A stretch of 58,556 nucleotides of DNA from a virus (Duplodnaviria; Caudoviricetes), in IMG/VR virus record IMGVR_UViG_3300042363_000211, positions 1 through 58,556 of that record, one strand, 5' to 3'. Below the pieces are notes generated by a model that was not told the origin of the DNA, did no database searches, and was given only the letters and a program-made list of their open reading frames with translations. A program made the position numbers and the translations under genes. Shown here in pieces: positions 38,463 to 47,462 of this stretch (positions are counted from its first letter, which is position 1; the number at the start of each line of letters is the position of its first letter).

Positions 38463-40382
38463 ATGGCAATCTCAAAGGACTTCGTGTCCACCTACACAAA
38501 CAAGCAAGCACCATGGGGTTTCGGAGGACTCGGCGAAATTGTGTACCTCCGCACTTATTCGCGTGAAGTTGAAGGTCGTAAAGAAACATGGCCCGAGACA
38601 ATTGAACGTTGCATCAATGGCGCAATGAGTATCGGTGCTGCACTCACAGACGAAGAAGCGGAAACTCTCTTTGACCACATCTTCAACCTTCGCTGCTCGT
38701 TATCTGGACGCGCACTCTGGCAACTTGGCACACCACTTGTTGACAGGTTCAACGGAACAAGCCTCAATAACTGCTACTTCGTAAACGTTGAGAAAGTTGA
38801 AGACTTTGAGCTCATCTTTGACTACCTTATGCTGGGTGGTGGCGTTGGTTACTCAGTAGAACGCGCTCGCATTCACGAACTTCCAAAGGTCAAGACAGGC
38901 GTAGTAATTAACCACGAACGCACCAATGATGCAGACATTATTGTTCCTGACAGTCGTCAAGGCTGGCGCAGACTTCTTCATGCCGTACTGAAGTCATACT
39001 TCTACACAGGCAAATCTTTCGACTACTCCACAATTCTTATTCGTGAGTTTGGTGCGCCCCTGAAGACATTCGGAGGAACAGCATCTGGCCCAGGAGCGTT
39101 AATTGACGGTGTTGTTGACATCTGCAAAGTGATGGATGCTCGCGCTGGAAAGAAACTTCGTTCAGTAGACGTTCTTGACATCTGCAACATCATCGGACGA
39201 ATTGTTATCTCTGGATCATCTCGCCGTTCGGCTCAAATTGCTATTGGCGACCCTGACGACGTGTTGTTCCTTCGCGCAAAGAACTGGTCATCAGGAACAG
39301 TTCCAGCATGGCGAGCCAACTCAAACAACTCCGTCTACGCAGACTCATACGACCACATCATGTCGGAACTTTGGAAAGGATACGACGGCTCTGGTGAGCC
39401 ATACGGTCTCATCAACCGCGGCCTTGCTCGCAAAGTAGGACGTCTCGGAGAGAAGAACCCAGATCCAACCATTGACGGTTTCAACCCTTGTGCTGAGATT
39501 GGTCTCGCCGATGGAGAATCATGCAACCTTGCAACAATCTTCCTACCCAACATCACCTCCTACGAGCAAATGTCGGAAGTCAGCAGGCTCCTGTACAAAG
39601 TCCAGAAGTCAATCACATCTATGGAGTACCCATACGAGAAGACCACCAAGGCAGTTCAGAAGAATCGCCGGCTCGGTCAGTCCGTCACAGGAATCCTTCA
39701 ATGTTCCGAAGAGCAAATCTCATGGCTGTCAAAGGCATACGAAGACCTCAAGGAATACGATATTTGGTGGTCGGAACAGAATGGCATTACCCCATCTGTT
39801 CGCCTGACCACCGTACAGCCCTCTGGAACGCTCTCTCTGCTCCCAGGAGTGACGCCGGGTATCCATCCTGCATTCGCTCGTTATTACATCAGGCGAGTCC
39901 GTTTCGGTGCCGCTGATCCACTCATTGAGAAGTGTCGTAAGCGTGGATACAAGGTTGTCCCAGAAGTCGGTCTTGACGGCAGGGAAGACCACAGCCGTTG
40001 GGTTGTGGAGTTCCCCTGTGAGTCTCCTGAAGGCTCAATCCTTGCTGCCGACATGACAGCCGTAGAACAGCTTGAATGGGTGAAGAAGATGCAAACAGAA
40101 TGGGCCGACAACGCCGTATCTGTGACCGTCTACTACCGCAAGGAAGAACTTTCCCTGATCAAAGAATGGCTTGAGAAGAACTACGACAACGCCGTAAAGA
40201 GCGTCTCGTTCCTCCTCCATGCCGATCACAACTTCCCACTTCCTCCATACGAGGAAATCACTAAGGAAACCTACGAGAAGCTCCTCGGAAAGGTTGACTT
40301 CACAGTCGCCCTCCAAGACACTGTCGGTTTCGACCTTCTTGATATGGATGATTGTTCAACGGGGGCTTGCCCAGTCCGTTAA
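38463..40382 (+). CDS. nrdJ: Class II (adenosylcobalamin-dependent) ribonucleotide reductase, RTPR-like
   Basis: RTYSR, GRALW, NCYF, RRSA, NPCAEI, CNL, TVQPSGT, VSVTV and C-terminal CSTGACP; no beta subunit gene nearby. Confidence 0.92.
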   Translation: MAISKDFVSTYTNKQAPWGFGGLGEIVYLRTYSREVEGRKETWPETIERCINGAMSIGAALTDEEAETLFDHIFNLRCSLSGRALWQLGTPLVDRFNGTSLNNCYFVNVEKVEDFELIFDYLMLGGGVGYSVERARIHELPKVKTGVVINHERTNDADIIVPDSRQGWRRLLHAVLKSYFYTGKSFDYSTILIREFGAPLKTFGGTASGPGALIDGVVDICKVMDARAGKKLRSVDVLDICNIIGRIVISGSSRRSAQIAIGDPDDVLFLRAKNWSSGTVPAWRANSNNSVYADSYDHIMSELWKGYDGSGEPYGLINRGLARKVGRLGEKNPDPTIDGFNPCAEIGLADGESCNLATIFLPNITSYEQMSEVSRLLYKVQKSITSMEYPYEKTTKAVQKNRRLGQSVTGILQCSEEQISWLSKAYEDLKEYDIWWSEQNGITPSVRLTTVQPSGTLSLLPGVTPGIHPAFARYYIRRVRFGAADPLIEKCRKRGYKVVPEVGLDGREDHSRWVVEFPCESPEGSILAADMTAVEQLEWVKKMQTEWADNAVSVTVYYRKEELSLIKEWLEKNYDNAVKSVSFLLHADHNFPLPPYEEITKETYEKLLGKVDFTVALQDTVGFDLLDMDDCSTGACPVR

Positions 40383-40402
40383 CAGGCCGTATATTCGTGG
40401 GT

Positions 40403-40768
40403 ATGGGATTCAGCAACCTACCCACGAAGAAAGCCTCAGACGCTCTACGGCTCGCCTCTGTGCTCGTCTCTAGACGGGGACATTGCAAAGGCACAATCAG
40501 AAACCCAGACGATGAATCAGTAAGTGCTACTGGTGCAATTCTTTCTGCATGTGGAATACCTTGGGCTTCCTTAACTGACGACGAAGAAGAAATGTTCAAC
40601 CTGTTACCTCAGTCAAACAGATCACACGCGCTTCTGGCCTTGGAATGCCTAGAAGCATCAGTTGATGATCTTTACGCATGGGAGGACAGACCCGATGTGA
40701 GAACTTCTCACGTTGTGAAACTTCTTGTTGACTGCGCTGACAGGCTCGCAATAGTCACCCGTAAATAA
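40403..40768 (+). CDS. Hypothetical protein
   Basis: ORF after the RNR gene; start set to ATG 40403, 7 nt after TATATT. Confidence 0.55.
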   Translation: MGFSNLPTKKASDALRLASVLVSRRGHCKGTIRNPDDESVSATGAILSACGIPWASLTDDEEEMFNLLPQSNRSHALLALECLEASVDDLYAWEDRPDVRTSHVVKLLVDCADRLAIVTRK

Positions 40769-40772
40769 GAAA

Positions 40773-41321
40773 CTACATTGCGTCTATTATCAGATGCACC
40801 CTGTCTTGTTGACCTTTATTCTCAACGCTGTGGTATCTGCCCACATTGTCAATAATCCAGACCTCCCCGGCTTGAAGGTTTCTTACTTCATCATCAACAG
40901 TAAACAGACATTGTTCGTTCGTTATAACCGGAACATGGATGCGATGTGTCTTTGCAGTCAGTGGACCTCTGTCTCTGTGCCTACCTATGACCGACCCTGA
41001 ACGCAACCTTGTGAGCATCGCCTGTTTGATGCTGAGTGTTCCCAAGGATTCGCTAACCAATTCCATTACTGCATCCATGTAAGGATTGAAGATGCCGTAT
41101 TTCTCGTGAATGATATTTGAGTTGATGTTCTGCGCAAGATCATAAATAAGAGGGATTGTGTCTGTTTGTTCAGCGGCGGCACCTCCCCGAAGTCTCCTCT
41201 CTCTGTACTGAGTCCAGTCGTCTTCCGACAACAGAGAAATCTGGGTGAGAAGAGAACCAAACGATGGGGTCTCTCCTATGAACTTGAAACTTTCTGATTC
41301 CTTCATAACAAATTGTCCCAT
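40773..41321 (-). CDS. Aspartyl/asparaginyl beta-hydroxylase family 2OG-Fe(II) oxygenase
   Basis: L..GS.I..HRD...RIHVP..TN...GEVW.IDN...HSV.N....RVHLIID; alternative start at 41306. Confidence 0.85.
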   Translation of the reverse strand: MGQFVMKESESFKFIGETPSFGSLLTQISLLSEDDWTQYRERRLRGGAAAEQTDTIPLIYDLAQNINSNIIHEKYGIFNPYMDAVMELVSESLGTLSIKQAMLTRLRSGSVIGRHRDRGPLTAKTHRIHVPVITNEQCLFTVDDEVRNLQAGEVWIIDNVGRYHSVENKGQQDRVHLIIDAM

Positions 41322-41326
41322 ACATA

Positions 41327-41362
41327 GAAAGAACCCCCCGCCATTTCTGACGAGGGGTTCTT
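41327..41362 (-). terminator. Intrinsic terminator downstream of the major capsid gene
   Basis: Minus-strand AAGAACCCCTCGTCA-GAAA-TGGCGGGGGGTTCTT hairpin with G-U pairs, ending in a pyrimidine/U-rich tract. Confidence 0.8.
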
Positions 41363-41387
41363 CCAGCCTGTTACGGCAGTGCTTTGA

Positions 41388-42725
41388 TTAGGCTTCTGGA
41401 GCGCTGTCGAAGTCAATCTTGACGAATGCTTCTGGACGCTTAACCGCAAGTGCGAGACGCTGTTCGGCGAGAACCACGATTGCGTTACGAACGAAGAAGT
41501 CTGCGTGCTGTTCGCTGATGCGAATGCTTGCTTGTTCACGGTCGTACAACTGTGCTGCTGTACCGAATGCACCAACAAGTGCTTCGCCTTCTGGGATTGC
41601 TGGGGTGTCAATGACTGGCATACGCCAGATACGAGCCTCTGAACCGAGTTGCATCGAAACTGCCATGAGGTATGTACCTTGGGTGTTCTTTGTCAATTCG
41701 ATATCTTCCCAGTCGTTCGGGTGAAGAACAACGCCAGTTGGCTCGTAGTAAGCCAAGAATGCCAAGGTTGCGGCGCGACGAATCGCATCTGCCTTGGTGT
41801 CAACTACTGGTGTGTTTGCGCCGTCTGACCAGTTGTATTCCTGAACGCCAGGTGTGTTGAGCACGCCGAGAAGGTTCTCGCCTGTGCCGTCACCTTGGAG
41901 GATTTGGAAATCTTCCTGAAGACGAAGACCGTACATGAGCTCGTTGTCGATGATTGAACGCAATTGTGGTTCATCAGCAAGAACGTTGCGGTGTGCAGCT
42001 TCCCAGTGGGCCAACGTACGAACAGGAGCCTGATGGCCTTCAAAGACCATTGACGACTGTGGCTTGGCGGCAAAGTTGCTACCTGAACGCTGTGCTACTG
42101 GACCTGCGTTGTTTACCGCAGTTGTACCTGGAGTGGTAAATCCGATTTGGCGGAAGTACTCAATCACGGCTGCTGTGGTTGTACGTGCTGGGAACAGGTC
42201 GCGGACGCGCTTTGTACGCATTGGTGGGATCACCATTGCATCGCGCTCACGGGTTCCGAAGCCGAGGAATGACAAGCCAGATGTGTCTACAAGGCTGCTG
42301 TAAACATCCTTCTGACCGTACTGACCGGTGAGGTCTCCACCGTTGACCATGAATGGTGAAGGCATGTTTGCGCCGTTCTTGCCACCTTGGAGGGACTTGA
42401 ACTCTGCTGAGTCCAAGAACATTTGACCAAGGCTCTTGTAGCCACTCTGCTTTGCGAACTCATGACCAGCTGCTGCAACTGCTGCAACTGATTCGTTCAT
42501 TGGCTCGTCTGACCAGCTCTTTACAGAACCCATTGACTCAAGACCCTCAATGAGGCCCTTGATGTCTTTGATGTCGCGCATGTTCTTGTCGAACGCGCCC
42601 TTCTGTTCTGTGGAGACTACGACTGTGCCGTCTTCTATCTTGAATGAGTCTGCGATTGCCTTATTGTCGGCCATCTTTACTCGGAGAGCTTCTTGTAGCT
42701 CGTTGATCCTTGCCTTGTCGGTCAT
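41388..42725 (-). CDS. Major capsid protein (HK97 fold, N-terminal delta-like domain)
   Basis: KPQS, VRTLAHW, ILQGDGTG.NL.G, HPNDW, GEALVGAF and F.RN....LAE.RLALAV.RPEAF; AAGGA RBS. Confidence 0.95.
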   Translation of the reverse strand: MTDKARINELQEALRVKMADNKAIADSFKIEDGTVVVSTEQKGAFDKNMRDIKDIKGLIEGLESMGSVKSWSDEPMNESVAAVAAAGHEFAKQSGYKSLGQMFLDSAEFKSLQGGKNGANMPSPFMVNGGDLTGQYGQKDVYSSLVDTSGLSFLGFGTRERDAMVIPPMRTKRVRDLFPARTTTAAVIEYFRQIGFTTPGTTAVNNAGPVAQRSGSNFAAKPQSSMVFEGHQAPVRTLAHWEAAHRNVLADEPQLRSIIDNELMYGLRLQEDFQILQGDGTGENLLGVLNTPGVQEYNWSDGANTPVVDTKADAIRRAATLAFLAYYEPTGVVLHPNDWEDIELTKNTQGTYLMAVSMQLGSEARIWRMPVIDTPAIPEGEALVGAFGTAAQLYDREQASIRISEQHADFFVRNAIVVLAEQRLALAVKRPEAFVKIDFDSAPEA

Positions 42726-42863
42726 GGGTGCTTGTTCCTTCTCTTGTAAGAGTTGATGATTGGATTGTGATGGACCACTTTGGCTCAGGTCAGCACCCAG
42801 CCCCTAGTTGTCTTGACTCAGACAGTAGCAAGATAAGTACTCTGTCGAGTGGAAGGGTGCTAT

Positions 42864-45800
42864 CTATTTCTTGACCATCGGATAGGGGATAGATTCAACA
42901 CCAGATACGGGCACATCGGCCACTACGCCTTTACCCATCTTCTTCAGGCTCTTCTGCATTAGTTTGTAGTAAGCGACGATGTCTTTGTTTGTTTCGTCAA
43001 CATCAGAATCCTCAATAGAAACACCCGAAATTGCTGCTCTATAGATCATTTGCCGGGTCTCTGGAGACAGCGTAGGCTCGTCTCCTAGTCGGTCGTAAAG
43101 CTTGTCTGTCGGCACAACAACATCGTTCGCAGTGACTGTTCGCCCACTTGAAACATGGTGACACATTGTTGTTGAATAGAAGTTGTCATCGTCGGCAGTG
43201 AGAGGAATTGGGGTCTTGTTGTCTTCCGTGGCGGGAGTGTCTGGCTTCATAATCAACTGAGGCATGGATGAAAGTTTCCCACTTGCATCAGCCTTGGTTG
43301 CTGGCTGCTCTGGAATCAGACCAGCTTTCCTTGGAGGGATAGCACCAGTAGTGATCGTTGCGGCGTTCTGTGCTTGCAGTTCTGTCTCAAGAGCCTTCTT
43401 GGCGAGGGCACCCTCAACAAGCGAAGCATGAGCCTGGTAAGCAGCCTCTTCACCATGTCGGTCAAACCCACGTCCCGTAGCGGCATGGCCGAAAGCGTCA
43501 TGAATTGCTCTGAATCTGTCACTCTGTTCATCGTCCCACAATGGGTGTTTCTCGTCTGGTGTAGTCCGTTTGACTTTGAGAGTCTTGTTCATCTCAATGT
43601 CGTCAATCATCTCAAGATGGCTTCTGTACGGGTCGTTGTCTACAAACTCAACGTTGATACCCATGTCCTTGGTAAGCAAGGAATATAGGCGATCGGTTTC
43701 TGTACGCAGGTCTTCGTACGCCTGTTCGGCTTCCTTAGACACGACTTCCATCTCCTCGTAAGCGCGGGCAAGTTCCTGCCTTCTCTCCTCGGTCACAGCC
43801 TTAACCTTTGAGTAGTCCACCCCTCCAGGAAGGACAGCAGCAAGTGCGGGTGATGGTTCAGCAATTATTGAGTCAAATCCTTCAATCTTGGCGGTGCGTA
43901 TCCTGCGATCAGCGACTCGCTTTGATGCGATGAACCTTGCTTTGCCTTCTTCGGCGAAATAGTTGACATCTTCATACTTCTGAACCGAGTTCTGTGACGC
44001 TTTGCCCAGAATATGCTTCCAAGCTTCCTGGTCGTGAACGACAAGAGTCCCATCTTTGTAGGCGGCAATCGTGTACGGATTACTGTGATCTTCGTTGTTT
44101 ACGATTTCAAGATCGTCATAGACCCCATTCTGAAGACCATGCAATACGGCTCTCGCAACGTCAATGTGCGTATCAATAACAACCGACGGAGGAACTCCCC
44201 TGCCTGTCTCTTCCTGCCTTCTCTCAGCCTCAGATACAGCCATAGAGATAGGGACATCAGCGATTCTTCCCTTGATGATGTAGCCATTCTCCCTAAGAGC
44301 ATTCATTCTTTCAGCAAACGCCCTTGGGCCTCCATCGCCAGTACTGTCAACTACTACATGAAACCCTTCTTCGGAGGCTCTCTTGATTGCAAGTTTCTGA
44401 ATGTATGTTGATTCCGAATGAACAAGTTCTGCTGCTTGCAAAGGATCCATTCCTCTTTCCTGCAACTCTTTGACGAGAGTGTCAAACTCAGGAAGCATGT
44501 GCTTGATTTCGTCGGCATCAAGATGAACGGCTTCATTACCGCGTTGAGGCGTATCAAAGAAACCACCCTGCCTGAGGAATGTCTTTCCGCTTGCAGGTCC
44601 TCCACCCATCATCCAAGCCATTGGCTTGTCACTCCTGCGAGGTGACCATTCACCGTTGCCAAACATGATTGACTCAATGATTGAATCGTGAAGGGCTTGC
44701 CTCTCGGGAGTTATCATCCCTGACCCAAGACCAAAGTGCTCAAATGTGCTTGTCATCTTGCCGTTTGGTTGGATTAAATCGTCTACTGATGCGCCCTTGT
44801 GATCCCCAGCAGGTGCTGGCGCATGTGCGAAATCTCGTTGAGTTTGAACAAGCCTGTAGTGGCTCTTTCTTGATGGAAGCAAACCCCTCAACCTTGAGGA
44901 CGCCAGCGGCTGAGGAACATCTTGAGTGATGTCTGGTACGAAGATGTTCTTCTCTGGTTCGCCACCTCTGAGTTCGTTAATAGTTTCTTCAATCCTCGTG
45001 GAGATACCTCGCGCAATTCGTCTGTTCTCTCGACCCGTGGAACCTTCTGACGAAACAACACGCACCCTTGACTTTGGTTTCCTGCCACGGACACGTGATC
45101 CAGCACCTCTGACAGCATCTGCTACATCGGTTGCGAAACCAACGAAACGACGCTTCAACGGTTCGTTCTCATCAATCCAACCATCACGATCGGCATCACG
45201 AGGGAGAGACTTTGTTGAAACCTCATCTGGATTTCTGATACCACTACAAACCGAAACAAATAGGTCTCCGTTGTCCATAACGGTAAATGCCTTCTTCTTG
45301 CGTTCTGATTTCTCATCAAGCCATTCCGACATCTTTGCCCAACCATCTGCTTCAGGAATGGGGTGACCTAGTTTCTGCGCAGATCGTGTCTCTGCCACCA
45401 TCTCAAAGTTGTTCACATTTGCATAAGGACTCACTTGTGAACGGAAACCAGAGTTGTCTATTGTCGCAACTTCTTCATCGGAAAGTCCGTCAAACGGTCT
45501 TGACGACCACAAATCATCTATTGCCTGATAGTTCTCGGTCATGAATAGCTGTCTTGCGAGAAGACGAGCCTCTGTCGTGGACATGCCTTCGGCGACAAGC
45601 TTGGCCTCTATTTCATTGATTGCATCACTTGTTTCTCGCGGAGAAAGACCATTCATTTCCCCTGCTTTGTCAACACCATCAAACCCAATCTTGAAACCGA
45701 TATCTTCAAATGACTTAGAGAAATGAAGAACATGACTCCATTCGTGAGTAGAAACATAAGCACCGTACATCTCATCAATGTCTGATTCTGGAATCCCTTT

Positions 45801-47462
45801 CTTCAATGCGTCCCTCACAACCGCATCACACCAGCCATCGGTAGATTTAGGATTAGCAGGAATATTCTTTACTGCTCCTCTGCCTACTGTCGGATTGATG
45901 TCAATGTAGCCACCAATCTTGCCGTTACGAACCATAACCCCAGCAAGACCGATATAACCACCAATGCGATTATTGTGAATCATTCTGCCAGTTGAAGACA
46001 ACACCAACATTCCATCGGCATACTTCTTGCTGTTCATTCCTTCATGTAATAATCCGATAATGACACCACGCAAGGTTGCTGGGATTTCTCCATCGTTCTC
46101 TTCGATATCAAAGTCAAACTCAACGAGCTTCTTGAACACCTTCTTCAGTGCTTTGTGGGCCTGTTTCTCTGTCTTTATCTCGCCAAACCTCTGTTCGACG
46201 GTCTCTTTCATCTTTGCGTAATTAGCAATAATGTTTGCTGGATCAGAATCAACACGTTTCTTCTCATCGTTATCTCCACCAAGAGGCATCAGAGCAGCGC
46301 GACGTCCTGGTTCACCAACCATCCTTGTTGGTGCTGGCATCTCTCGAGTTTCGCCATCGTAAACAACACCATCTCCGTCACCGTCTAACGGGATAGCACT
46401 AGAAAGGTTTCTAGGAATCTTTGGCAACGCTTTGGTCTGTTGACCCCAAGGATGTTCTTTCTTCAGAAGGTCATTATCGGCGATGTATTTCGGATTATCC
46501 GGCCTGCCAGAAGAAAGCATCTTGAGATACGCCTCTACTCGCATCTCTCCCCATTTGGATCTATTACCTAAATCGGGTCGGTTGAGTGAGTCGAAAGCAG
46601 CAACACCACGCCTCATGACGGACTTCAGTTCCGAAGCAGAAGCAAACGACCATTGAGGCATCCCAACTGATCGCATCTTCACGTTGTGTTCCCTCGCGGC
46701 GACAATCAACGACTTAGTTGCGTCTTGAGTGATTGAAACAGATTTAGCGTTCCTCCTGCTAGTCCTGCTTCCACGGATTGATTTCTTGCTTCTAGAGAAA
46801 GCTGAGGCTCTCGCTACTTCCCTGCGAACAACGCGTTCAATTCTTTGCTGTTCAATACGTCCACGTTCGTTCCTGTACGCACCCTGACCCGTACGACGAT
46901 CAAAGGTCACCCCCGTAGTACAAGGCATCCATACCTGCCTGCCGGAAGATGTTGTGTACCTGCGAATACCAGTACAACCGACTTGAGCGGCCCTCATACG
47001 TGCAGCGTCGGGACTAGTGAAAGTGTCTGGATCTCCAACCTCTGGAGTGAAAGGTGCAATACCTTTACCTCCGCCACCCATGTCGCCTGTTATCCCTGGG
47101 CCAGATCCACTAGAAACAATCCCACCCATTGGACTCGCCGGCATAGCTGGAGGAGCAGAAACAATCCCTGCTGATGTGCCAACCATTCCGTAACTTCTCT
47201 CGGTGAGTTTCTCCCACCGTTTACGATCAACAAGTTTGCGGCGTTTCCTACCTGACGATGAAATCTTTATTTCATTCGCAGCCTTAGGCATAGAGAACGG
47301 CACTTCAAGATTTGACCCTGCAGCTTCGGATAAACGGTTCAGTTCTTCTGCGCTCCCACAAGGCATCCATGTGCCATCAACTTGATGTGCGCCAGAACAA
47401 CCAATGTTCTTGGCCATCTCAAGAGCGTCGTCTTTAGAAACTGATTTCTTCTTATCAGCCAT
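42864..47462 (-). CDS. Giant multidomain protein: 2x WMPC repeats, HExxH metallopeptidase, Zeta-toxin kinase and HDxxGH domain
   Basis: GC.G...WMPC x2; THEWSH plus SPYA..N..EMVAE; GGGPASGKT, DADEIK, VHSES and VVDSTG; FRAIHDAFGH...GEE. TGATG coupling at 47462 (the track start is 47471). Confidence 0.85.
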   Translation of the reverse strand: MADKKKSVSKDDALEMAKNIGCSGAHQVDGTWMPCGSAEELNRLSEAAGSNLEVPFSMPKAANEIKISSSGRKRRKLVDRKRWEKLTERSYGMVGTSAGIVSAPPAMPASPMGGIVSSGSGPGITGDMGGGGKGIAPFTPEVGDPDTFTSPDAARMRAAQVGCTGIRRYTTSSGRQVWMPCTTGVTFDRRTGQGAYRNERGRIEQQRIERVVRREVARASAFSRSKKSIRGSRTSRRNAKSVSITQDATKSLIVAAREHNVKMRSVGMPQWSFASASELKSVMRRGVAAFDSLNRPDLGNRSKWGEMRVEAYLKMLSSGRPDNPKYIADNDLLKKEHPWGQQTKALPKIPRNLSSAIPLDGDGDGVVYDGETREMPAPTRMVGEPGRRAALMPLGGDNDEKKRVDSDPANIIANYAKMKETVEQRFGEIKTEKQAHKALKKVFKKLVEFDFDIEENDGEIPATLRGVIIGLLHEGMNSKKYADGMLVLSSTGRMIHNNRIGGYIGLAGVMVRNGKIGGYIDINPTVGRGAVKNIPANPKSTDGWCDAVVRDALKKGIPESDIDEMYGAYVSTHEWSHVLHFSKSFEDIGFKIGFDGVDKAGEMNGLSPRETSDAINEIEAKLVAEGMSTTEARLLARQLFMTENYQAIDDLWSSRPFDGLSDEEVATIDNSGFRSQVSPYANVNNFEMVAETRSAQKLGHPIPEADGWAKMSEWLDEKSERKKKAFTVMDNGDLFVSVCSGIRNPDEVSTKSLPRDADRDGWIDENEPLKRRFVGFATDVADAVRGAGSRVRGRKPKSRVRVVSSEGSTGRENRRIARGISTRIEETINELRGGEPEKNIFVPDITQDVPQPLASSRLRGLLPSRKSHYRLVQTQRDFAHAPAPAGDHKGASVDDLIQPNGKMTSTFEHFGLGSGMITPERQALHDSIIESIMFGNGEWSPRRSDKPMAWMMGGGPASGKTFLRQGGFFDTPQRGNEAVHLDADEIKHMLPEFDTLVKELQERGMDPLQAAELVHSESTYIQKLAIKRASEEGFHVVVDSTGDGGPRAFAERMNALRENGYIIKGRIADVPISMAVSEAERRQEETGRGVPPSVVIDTHIDVARAVLHGLQNGVYDDLEIVNNEDHSNPYTIAAYKDGTLVVHDQEAWKHILGKASQNSVQKYEDVNYFAEEGKARFIASKRVADRRIRTAKIEGFDSIIAEPSPALAAVLPGGVDYSKVKAVTEERRQELARAYEEMEVVSKEAEQAYEDLRTETDRLYSLLTKDMGINVEFVDNDPYRSHLEMIDDIEMNKTLKVKRTTPDEKHPLWDDEQSDRFRAIHDAFGHAATGRGFDRHGEEAAYQAHASLVEGALAKKALETELQAQNAATITTGAIPPRKAGLIPEQPATKADASGKLSSMPQLIMKPDTPATEDNKTPIPLTADDDNFYSTTMCHHVSSGRTVTANDVVVPTDKLYDRLGDEPTLSPETRQMIYRAAISGVSIEDSDVDETNKDIVAYYKLMQKSLKKMGKGVVADVPVSGVESIPYPMVKK

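Noticed and set aside
38463-40382. Intein or intron in the RNR (or in TerL)
   Set aside because: Lengths are normal, motifs are contiguous and no splice-junction signatures were seen.
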